Source: Antedon mediterranea (Eukaryota > Animalia > Echinodermata). From it: a DNA stretch of 64,000 nt. Location of the stretch: positions 1,168,201 through 1,232,200 of the forward strand of contig NC_092670.1 of assembly GCF_964355755.1 (NCBI RefSeq), given 5' to 3'. Each line of letters starts with the position of its first letter. Positions within the stretch are counted from its first letter, which is position 1. This document shows positions 36,017 through 48,200 of the stretch, one piece after another. The position numbers were made by a program, and so were the translations under genes. A model generated the notes under the pieces. It saw only the letters and a program-made list of their open reading frames with translations, was not told where the DNA came from and ran no database searches.

Positions 36017-39000
36017 AACTTCCTTTTTTTAATGTTTGTACTTTAGACCTGATTGTTGAGCACAGGCAGAACCGTACGTAATTCAGCGATATTTGTCTCG
36101 AATCGTTTCAATCAGCGGAAAACTTGTTTAGATGACAGGTTCCATATTATTTCAAAATTGTTCACGTTAAAATTGTATCATCGTCTTAAAATGTACAGTG
36201 CATAGTAGTTCTACGTCCCTCTGTAAGGCTTTAATTTTGATAAGAATCTGTTAACACGAATTGATTAAGTACTGTATTTAATCGTTTTGAGCCCATACCG
36301 TTCAACAAACATGTGTTTTTACAGTGTTTGCCTTTTGTGGGTGTTGGCGATCTCTTAAGCTTGTAGAGAACAAAGTACACTTTAAACCAAACACGAAACA
36401 GTAGATGTCTAATAATTAATTTTATGGATGTCTGGAGATCAGATTGTGATAAACTCTATTCCCTGATCTTTCCTATAGGCCTACTCGATAACCGCGCCGG
36501 TACTGTATATAAAATCCAACCACGATTATATATATGCTATTTTGTAAAAATAAAATTAATAATTATAATTAAAGATGTTTTGTCTCTCAAAAACATAAAA
36601 AAATAAAAATTAATAAAATCAGACTTTGAATAGATTATTTTGTAGTTACCACAGTTTCTTAGGTAAATACATTTTTTCGATCCAATGTTTGGTCAAAGTG
36701 GATAACTATTAGATGACATTAAAATGACATATTAACAAAACATTAAAAAAATATTTTTTTCAGGGGGACAATACATCTTCAATCCACGTCTGTAGTAAAA
36801 TATGTTAGCCCCAGCATTTTTTAAATGAATGCGATAAAAGACACGCGGTTAGAAAACTGTTGGCAACGATTATTATAATTTTATAATGAAATTGACCTAT
36901 ACTATTATGGCCTTTACTGGTAAATTAATATATAATTTTACTTGATTCTACCATGGAGCTAATAGTGCCGATTTTAGTATAGCACCCCCTATATTCATTA
37001 TTTCTTTTTGAATAAATCCTAATGCAATATACTATTTATTACAAGCATGGTTTTCATGGACACGAAGTATATCGATATACAAAATAAAACGAACAAGATT
37101 CAACTCGATCATAAACATTATAAAAACGTAACTTCAAATAAAAATGTTTTCATTTTTATGCAACATTGCATTTTTTTTTTAGTTTGATCAAATTGATATA
37201 ATTATTAATAAGCGCACAAACATTTGCTGTTTCTCTAAACATTTATAGTTATTTTAATCGGTGTACATCAAAAGAAGATGTAGGCTACAGTACTGTAAAT
37301 ATATAAAAAGGTTGTGGTTACTTATTAGCCTTTTTTCCATTATATCAATGCGCTGTTCTGAACGAGTGAAATCAATCAACCGTGTCAATAATTCTCATTT
37401 CTTCATAATTTAATCATGAGTTTACCTTCAAATTATTTTAAAAACAATAAATTTATCAATGTAATTATTACGATTAATTTTAACTTCTGAAATGAAACAT
37501 CCCTATTCCCGGTTGATAATTTATTAGAATTACTTTTTTTAGTAGGTAGAGTGATTTGGTTTGATACGGTACGATTGTTTTGATCTCTCTTTCAAAGCAA
37601 CGCGATTGTGTGTATCATCACCAAGTGTTTCACACACCCACTTCTGGTGTGAACAGAGCGTTGTTGATGGAAAGTGTTGATAATCCTGCCTAGTAATTTA
37701 GTTTTAGCTGTAAAAATCACATTATCAATGGTAAGCAGTGTATTGTTTTATATTTTTCTTTATTCTCTAGGCCTATGGCATTTGTTGCGTCACGCGTACA
37801 TGCGGCGGTGATGCGTTAATTAAGTTGGGACTTAAATTGCGTCGGTTGGCGCAGATCGCTTGTACTGTATCGTATGTAAACCTCCATCACATTTTCCTAA
37901 AGTATGGTCGGCCGACCAAAGCGGTATGAAACGCCAATTAGCGTTTGTGAAAAAGGCGAGGTGTACCTTTCGGCCGAGTTTTAAGAGCTTTCGTCGGCAT
38001 CCCTTTGTACGTGATGTGAGCATTTCATTTTACTTAATCTAATGGTGCTAGCGAATTTGGGTGGGAGGTGAAAATTGAAAATTTGAGAAGGGTTGAGCAC
38101 CTCGTCTGCCTCATCATGCTGGCTACAGCCCTGATTGAATGTTGATATAATGAGTATAAAACCAGTGTGGTATAACATTTCCAAATTACAGTACAGTACA
38201 CCTGTCATTATTATTTATTTTATCATGAGGAGATTCATTTTTTGATAAAAACTTGAAAAATGTCAGCAAGTCTAATTTCGAACCATATACCATGATTTCT
38301 GCTGCTAAGTGTCCTAGTTTGAAAAGGCACTTTAGAAAAATATGGGTCTTTGAACCAAATGAACACCAGCTCGAGCCTCCAACTACCCGGACCCACTCCC
38401 CCACCTTCCTACAATATAACTCTTAAGCTTGTTTTATTCCGATTGATTTTGAAATCCGATAAAACATTTCCACAAGAAATGTATAACTGACAGTTGGATG
38501 TTTTATGTGTTATTGATGTTTCTGTTTAGTAATGTTAACATTGCTTATTCAAGGCCGGCAATACAGGATGTAATACAGTTTGTGGTTTCATTTGTTGTGA
38601 AGGCACTCCCAAATATTCAAAGTGGGCGTCAGATAAATCTAAATCTTTTCTTGTTTGTTTTACCCAAAATAAAACACTAACAGTTAATTAAGATCAACAA
38701 ATATATGATTCATCAGGAGGACTAAGCAGTAAGTCAGCCCAATATGTATTTATTCTGTCTTTATATTGAATGACACTTTCAGTGCTAAAGCAAGTGGTTC
38801 AGAAAATATAACAATATAATAAAAATAATTCAAAGAAAAACTAACGTTCAGTAATTTACATTATTACACACACATTTACAAAAACCTACAAATATACAGT
38901 ATAAATAATGGAAGGAATTCAAGGTAAAAAAAATACTTTGAAAGTTGAAAGTATCATAAATTTATAGAAAGTACACAAATAATATAATACCTTGTATTGC

Positions 39001-39298
39001 TGCTGTAATATGCATCACAGCATCCCTTGTTGTCAGGGCACTCCCTGTTCAACAGTGTGGGCGGCTTGTTATCATAGCCATTGACTTCAGACGCTACTCA
39101 AGCGTTCCTATTGGCTCGTGCTATAAGCCAATGACAATTAATACAGGAAGGCCTTTTTGCTATAAGTTTTGTCATGCTTAACCTACTTGCTTACTCTTGT
39201 TTTGTCCTTTTTTTTAGGTTGTCTGTTTTCACTGTAGAACCAGAACTTGACCAAATCTTTTTATCGATTCCTAATTTTCTTCATTACAATCTTTCAAT

Positions 39299-42200
39299 AT
39301 GGATATGAATATTTCTACTACCCCGGCACCAACGAATGGTTGCCCTGTGCCACCGGATAACGGAAATTCGTCTGCTTGCACTGGTCTTATACTTCCGATT
39401 ATTCCCGGTGAAGAAGATTGGAACCAAGGCTTTCGAGGTTTCTTATACATGGCTGGGTTGCTATGGAGTTTTATGGGTGTGGCCATCGTGGCAGATATTT
39501 TCATGGTAGCGATTGAGGTTATTACAAGTAAAACAAAGAAAGTGAAATTGGCCAATCCTGATGCGCCAGGCGGAATTGAGGAGATAGAAATTAGAGTATG
39601 GAACGATACTGTCGCAAATTTAACCCTTATGGCATTGGGTTCCAGTGCCCCGGAAATCCTTCTGTCTATAATAGAGATTGTTGGAAATAATTTCCATGCC
39701 GGAGAACTGGGACCAAGCACAATAGTGGGATCCGCAGCTTTTAACCTTTTGGTTATCACAGCTGTGTGTATCATGGGCATTCCTAAGGGAGAGTCAAAGA
39801 GGATTCGAACTATCAAAGTATTTATGGTCACTACATCATTCTCAATCTTCGCTTATATCTGGCTGTTCCTCGTCGTTTCTGTCATTTCCGAAAGCAAGGT
39901 AGATTTGTGGGAAGCTTTTGTCACCTTCTTGTGTTTTCCGATACTCATCATTATCGCCTTTGTCGCAGACAAAGATTATTGTGGCGAGAAAAAAGAGACG
40001 ACAGAGATTGAGCTAGGAGTTGGTAAGGATTTTTTTTACAAATTTTATAAAATTATTTTGTATTGTATGTACGGTAATTCATTTTTCATTTATCATCATT
40101 TACTCAAAAAGCCTGCTGTAAACCTATATATGCAAGGTGGGCTTTATACACAATAGGGACTAAACACACGGTGGGCTTATATTGTAAACAGGGTGCTTAT
40201 ACTATAAACAAGGTGGGCTTATACTGTACACAGGGTGGGCTTTTACATAGTGGGGACTATAGCACAGGGTGGGCTTATACTGTTCACAGGGCAGGCTTTT
40301 ACACAGCCGGGACTATAGCACAGGGTGGGCTTATACTGTTCACAGGGCAGGCTTTTACACAGCCGGGACTATAGCACAGGGTGGGCTTATACTGTACACA
40401 GGGCGGGCTTTTACACAGCCGGGACTATAGCACAGGGTGGGCTTATACTGTACACAGGGTGGGCTTTTACACAGCCGGGACTATAGCACAGGGTGGGCTT
40501 ATACTGTACACAGGGTGGGCTTATACTGTACACAGGGTGGGCTTATACTGTACACAGGGTGGGCTTTTACACAGTGGGGACTATAGCACAGGGTGGGCTT
40601 ATACTGTACACAGGGTGGGCTTATACTGTACACAGGGTGGGCTTATACTGTACACAGGGTGGGCTTTTACACAGTGGGGACTATAACACAGGGTGGGATT
40701 ATACTGTACACAGGGTGGGCTTTTACACAGTGGGGACTATAGCACAGGGTGGGCTTATACTGTACACAGGGTGGGCTTTTACACAGCCGGGACTATAGCA
40801 CAGGGTGGGCTTATACTGTACACAGGGTGGGCTTATACTGTACACAGGGTGGGCTTTTACACAGTGGGGACTATAGCACAGGGTGGGATTATACTGTACA
40901 CAGGGTGGGCTTTTACACAGTGGGGACTATAGCACAGGGTGGGCTTATACTGTACACAGGGTGGGCTTTTACACAGCCGGGACTATAGCACAGGGTGGGC
41001 TTATACTGTACACAGGGTGGGCTTATACTGTACACAGGGTGGGCTTTTACACAGTGGGGACTATAACACAGGGTGGGATTATACTGTACACAGGGTGGGC
41101 TTTTACACAGTGGGGACTATAGCACAGGGTGGGCTTATACTGTACACAGGGTGGGCTTTTACACAGTGGGGACTATAGCACAGGGTGGGCTTATACTGTA
41201 CACAGGGTGGGCTTATACTGTACACAGGGTGGGCTTATACTGTACACAGGGTGGGCTTTTACACAGTGGGGACTATAGCACAGGGTGGGCTTATACTGTA
41301 CACAGGGTGGGCTTTTACACAGCCGGGACTATAGCACAGGGTGGGCTTATACTGTACACAGGGTGGGCTTATACTGTACACAGGGTGGGCTTTTACACAG
41401 CCGGGACTATAGCACAGGGTGGGCTTATACTGTACACAGGGTGGGCTTTTACTGTACACAGGGTGGGCTTTTACACAGTGGGGACAATAGCACAGGGTGG
41501 GCTTTTACTGTACACAGGGTGGGCTTTTACACAGCCGGGACTATAGCACAGGGTGGGCTTATACTGTACACAGGGTGGGCTTTTACACAGCCGGGACTAT
41601 AGCACAGGGTGGGCTTATACTGTACACAGGGTGGGCTTATACTGTACACAGGGTGGGCTTTTACACAGTGGGGACTATAGCACAGGGTGGGATTATACTG
41701 TACACAGGGTGGGCTTTTACACAGCCGGGACTATAGCACAGGGTGGGCTTATACTGTACACAGGGTGGGCTTTTACTGTACACAGGGTGGGCTTTTACAC
41801 AGTGGGGACTATAGCACAGGGTGGGCTTATACTGTACACAGGGTGGGCTTATACTGTACACAGGGTGGGCTTATACTGTACACAGGGTGGGCTTTTACAC
41901 AGTGGGGACTATAGCACAGGGTGGGCTTATACTGTACACAGGGTGGGCTTATACTGTACACAGGGTGGGCTTATACTGTACACAGGGTGGGCTTTTACAC
42001 AGTGGGGACTATAGCACAGGGTGGGCTTATACTGTACACAGGGTGGGCTTTTACACAGCCGGGACTATAGCACAGGGTGGGCTTATACTGTACACAGGGT
42101 GGGCTTATACTGTACACAGGGTGGGCTTTTACACAGTGGGGACTATAGCACAGGGTGGGCTTATACTGTACACAGGGTGGGCTTTTACACAGCCGGGACT

Positions 42201-45200
42201 ATAGCACAGGGTGGGCTTATACTGTACACAGGGTGGGCTTATACTGTACTACACAAAGGATGATTGCAAATTTTGTAATTTAAAACTGATCCTTAAATGA
42301 ATATGATAGAATGACCTTTGAAAGTATATAGAGTAAAATACACAATCATAGAGGAAATTTACAGGATGAATTACTGTAGCTCACAAGGATGTCATGAATG
42401 ATATCAAGTTTATGTGACAAAAACTGTGAAAGTGTCCATATATGGACATGATGATGTCATATCACTATCATATTTGGGCACATCACACTTTTTTTTGTCG
42501 TCAAACTAGTTTGATAGTGTAGACAGAGCTTAAGAAATAGCAATTACGGTAGCTATTTTATTTTTTTATTTTTTAAGTACTGTTATTGTAAAAATAAAAA
42601 ATGAAATTCGTTGAGGTTAGAAACTGGTAAATAAATCATTCTATCCCTGGGAGTAGTTCAATTGTTCTTTTTAAATAAAAGTCTATTAGTCAACCATTGA
42701 TTCATTATAGCTGGCCTAAAGTTCCTTTTTGTGTGGGAGACAAGTTTAACTTACTTCATGAATAGGCAGGGAATTTACCATTCTGCCTACTCACATTTTA
42801 AATCTCCATATTTGGTACTGTGGTTCCCACAGGTAATCTTCATTATTTATGCTTTTGTAAATTTATTTTGATATAAAATGCAATGCAAAATATTTTAGTA
42901 TAGAACATTTCTCAATAAAAAATGAATTTTAAAATTTCACAGTCATATTTTTTAAAGGAAAATACCTTGTTAGGCTATTATTCTAGTATCGGTTGTTCTT
43001 CATTGTGACCATCAAGCACAGTAACATCATGACAGTGGTATACTTGTTTATAGATTAGAATAAAATACCACAACTCAATCATGGGTAAATTTCTGCCACA
43101 GTTCAGTTTTTCTGAGTCTGCTTTTGGAAAAACTATCTGTGTGGCAGTACAACAAACTTTTTCACCCATCAGTATAGGACAACCACACAGTATAGGACAA
43201 CCACACAGTATAGGACAACCACACAGTATAGGACAACCACACAGTATAGGACAACCATACAGTATAGGACAACCATACAGTATAGGACAACCATACAGTA
43301 TAGGACAACCATACAGTATAGGACAACCATACAGTATAGGACAAGCCCATACAATATAGGACAACCATACAGTATAGGACAACCATACAGTATAGGACAA
43401 GCCCATACAATATAGGACAACCATACAGTATAGGACAACCATACTATATACAGTAGGACAACCATACAGTATAGGACAACCATACAGTATAGGACAACCA
43501 TACAGTATAGGACAAGCCCATACAATAGGACAACCATACAGTATAGGACAACCATACAGTATAGGACAACCATACAGTATAGGACAACCATACAGTATAG
43601 GACAACCATACAGTATAGTACAACCATACAGTATAGGACAACCATACAGTATAGGACAACCATACAGTATAGGACAACCATACAATATAGGACAACCATA
43701 CAATATAGGACAACCATACAGTATAGGACAACCATACAGTATAGGACAACCATACAATATAGGACAACTGGATACAGTATAGGACAACCATACAGTATAG
43801 GACAACCATACAGTATAGGACAACCACACAGTATAGGACAACCATACAATATAGGACAACCATACAGTATAGGACAACCATACAGTATAGGACAACCATA
43901 CAATATAGGACAACCATACAGTATAGGACAACCATACTGTATAGGACAACCATACAGTATAGGACAACCATACAGTAGACAACCATATTAGGCCTAGAGT
44001 ATAGGCCTTCTCCACTTTTTTTAACTTTTAATGTTTTTGTCTTCCATTTTGCAACAAACTAGTAGGTCCTCCACAAATTATGCCCGCAGTGAAGCTTACT
44101 GTTGTTTACTATTCTAAACATTACAGTGACGTACTCACTGTAATGTATAGTACTGTATGTTCTGTACTAAGCTTGGATTAGGCTTAGTGCATTGATGCTC
44201 ATAATAGCTGCTACACTTCAATGATTACATTAAAAATTCATCAGCTATACTACAGTACATCAGCCCAAATGGCTCTATAGAAGTATCACACTCAGCCACT
44301 GTAAAAGTATGCAGCACATTTGCACAAAACGCTTATCACTGTAGTGTAAGTAAGCCCAGCTACTGTATTTTATTGTATTTTCTTACAAAATATGATATGA
44401 AAAGGTAATATGCAAGAGCATCTCTGTTGATAACTCTGACAACATTTGTCATATTTAACATATTACAGTAGTCCCTTGTAGTAAAAACAAGATTTGCAAA
44501 CAATTTTCCATGGTATAATACTGTAAGTCTGTATTTTATGCTTGATTTAAACATAAGGTTGTTTCTGTTCTGCTCTGGATTTCCATTTTCTTTTCTATAT
44601 TTGAGGTTTTTAATTCACGTAAACAGATTGATTAAAGTGTGCAGTATTCATTAATTTCATAAAAGAAATTCTCGAATTAAACGTTTCTAATGGATAAACC
44701 TTGTAACACAATTACCTCAGTTACTGTAATTACTATACGCAATTATTAAAGCCACATCCCAAGAGGTTTAATGTTATTAGAATTTACATATCGCCCTAGC
44801 TGAGAAAATTACTAACATAAAATACATTAACTAAATACTTTCAATAAATTATTCATTCTCTTTTGAGGAATTATGTAGATATTAAATTGGTGATATAACA
44901 TGGATATTTTCCAATACTTGTACTTTCACCACACTTGGGAAGTAATGTAGTGAGATTCCAATATCCATCCTGTAATTGGACTTGCTGTAGGATATGAACA
45001 TTTAAAAAATAATAATCGATAAAAAGTGAAAGGTATACAAAAATCCAAACTTTTGAATATTTGACCTGCAAAAAATAATCTTAAAATTTCAGACCACCAA
45101 AATGATAATGTGAAATGTTATATAATCCATAGCTAGAGGCAGAACAAGAACTTTTTAACTGGGTCAAACAAGGTCAACAAGTAGCCTACAAATTAGGGAC

Positions 45201-48200
45201 TAGTAATGCAGGAAGTATTTGATTTGAAGTATCAGTTTTTCTATTTAAATCCTGTCAAAAATATGACATTAAACGCCCGGCTGCGTAGGCCATGACTTCC
45301 TAGTGAAAGGGATGCAAACTACTAGCGTGGTATGTGACTCAAACTGCAACAGGTTTAGTGACGGATTTGCCATCTTGTGAGGTTTTTTGCAACCTGAATG
45401 ACGTAGTTCCATTTGACTTGGGGTTTACCCCAGATATTAAGTGACATTTGTTACAAATTTGTATATTAAAGTGACATTTTGTACTAGCGTCTCAAAACTG
45501 ATCTAATGATTTATTAGCATCTGTGCAACTGATTAGTATCCTAGTTAATCAATGTTTTGTATATTATAATTTTTTTTTAAATTAGTGTTTCAAAATCCTA
45601 AATCAACTTTTGTTTATTTTTGTTGGCCAATTGACGTTCTCCTTTCCTTAACATTTATTGTATTTTTACTGTTTTTTAATTAGAGGATGTATTTTGTTTT
45701 TCATTACGATTACATTTTTTGATATGGTCTTGCAATATATTTCAGCAATTGGGTTTGCTGCATTGTTTCAGCATCTGTAACTCACCGTATATTACTGTAT
45801 AATTAATTTTAAAATTGTAGAAAACCATGAAGATTTTACCTCTTTGATAAAAACACCTTGTCCAATAAGATTTCTAATATTCGTTTTCCCTGACACGTTA
45901 AGAAAGAAGAGTGTCTTAGCCCTGGTTGCCATGACAATTTAGAGCATACTATATTTTTATAGCTCTAAGATAAACCCATTACTTTTATGAATATTACAAT
46001 AATATAGTGCAAACACATGGAACGTTTTGTTCATTTTCTAAATGCGTCTACTAAATTATTGAGTATTGTAATGCTATGGTACACAGTTATATAAAATTAT
46101 GAAAAAATCCATAATTCTGGAATATATTTGCATAGAATTTTAACAATACATTGCACGTTTTGTGAATAATTCTTATCATTGATCGCATTTTTTTAATAAG
46201 TATTCTCCGTCTCCTCCGTAGCGACGTATATTATCTTAAATTACAGATTATATATGTATAACCTGTTTATATATTCTAATGCTTTGAATATACAGTATTT
46301 GTATACTGTATACTTTCATCCAGTTTGTTTAGACAGACACAATTATAATGCATGAATACAAATGACGATTAGAGTGTTTATGGTGTCCCATGATTACCTG
46401 AGTCAAGGAGTTATTGTAGTAGGTGGATTGCTATATAATTATAGTAGGCTAGATATAATTATAGTAGGCTAGATGGTGCCTAGAACTCATCAGATCTGAA
46501 CTGAGATCTGAGTTTTCTAGACACCTAGTGTAGATTTCCAGATGCAGTACCAGCATAGTAACTATGGGATTATAGGTTATGTGAAAATAATTGCATATAT
46601 TGTAAAAGCTTTTTTTTATTTGCACCATAAACATATTTATAATGAACTCCAATTATTATACAATAAAATAAAGAAATAATGTCAACAACAGTTGTCACAA
46701 CATTTCCTAGCTCCGCCCTATTTTCTTTTGCCAATTGATCAAACAGAATATATATAATATATTCAGAAATGCACATTGTTCAAATTCACCGAGGTTTATT
46801 GTAATACGTTCACCAATATTCATTGTTCAAATTCAGTGATGTTTGTTGTTTTGTGTTAATTTCATAAACGATTCCATTCTGAAAAAAAAATTGAATTTAT
46901 TACTTACAGTTGATCAGTGCAATATTATTGTTGTACTACCTGTAGTGCAGATCTGGCATAGCCTACAGACAACTCTCCCATTAACCAACAAACTCTTTGA
47001 AAACAGAAAATCTCTCCCAAAACCAGACTTTTATTGAGTTTCAATTCTTTTTTAGCCATTAAAAACACATTTATAATTTACTACAATTCCAGAAAAACAG
47101 ACATATTATTAGTCAGGTATCCGGAGAGTTGACTGTGCCATACATATCTTTGTGGAAGAAATCAAGAAATATTTTAACACACTTTGCAAAGTATTTGAAC
47201 ATCTCAACTGGTATCTTCCACCTCCCCTCCCCCCCCCCTCCCCCCCCTCCCCCCCTCCCCACTCCTCATCATGTAACCTGCCATTTTATCCAATCATCTT
47301 TAACCATCACCCTTCTCACTTATTTCATTTTACAAAGTATTCTTGCTTCATTTTTAAGTTTAAGGGTCACAATTTTTTAAATATTTTTATTTTGTTTTAA
47401 TAATTTCATTCATACTGCTTATAGCCTAAGTCTATTATTATTTTTATCATTTATTTTGCAAACATTTTATGTAAATTATTTGCTGGAATGACAATTTAAT
47501 TAATTTCTTTGTTTTATTTTGGTTGACAGGTGGGAAGAGTAAGTATGGCTTAATTTGATATACTTGTCATGCATTGGTGTTGGCTTTTATCAGTTCATTT
47601 TCTACTCACATAAGATATTCCAGCCTTAATTTGTTTCATTCCAAAACATTACATTATCGCATGAGGTTGAAATATTAATGCAAGGTACTGTATGTCTAGA
47701 CTTTAGTTCGACCAAAAATTTCTAGACATAATGATAAACAGTAACTCTTCCAAATTTTCATTAAATAGTACTATTTTTAGCTCTATGGAAGTGTGTTTTG
47801 GAAGACAAACTTTGAACCCAACTCTCATGTTTGATCACAGGGGGTTGAATGTATAGGGTTAATTGTATTCCTAACCAGTTTGGTTTAAAAAAAGGAATAC
47901 TTATAGATGTTCAAATATTGAACATTAATAAACAGCACTAACCAAAGCTAGATGTGAATGCATGAACGTTTACTACTAAACTAAAGTAGTAGAATATGAC
48001 AGTTTCTACACATTTCATTATTCTATTTGGGTTTTCTGAATTAAGTTGTATATTGTTTGTAATACTCACTGAAGGAGTTTGTAGAAACATCTTTTTTCTA
48101 TAGTACTGTATATCTTCTCAAATTACTGGAAAGAGTTTTAGTCTGAAATCAATTATGTTCACTTTGGTGTAGAACAAACTAATTAATGCAGGGGAGACAT

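Noticed and set aside
40171-44015. Many overlapping ORFs up to 345 aa (GLYCTQGG..., YGCPIL...)
   Set aside because: Stop-free frames of 22/34-bp and 18-bp minisatellites inside an NCX intron; no splice or domain support
45922-45938. X-box-like GTTGCCATGACAAT in the NCX intron (also ATTGTCATAGCAAC at ~54986)
   Set aside because: Far from any evident TSS; single motifs like these are expected by chance
47129-47400. Proline-rich ORFs
   Set aside because: Produced by a C-rich low-complexity tract at 47220-47260
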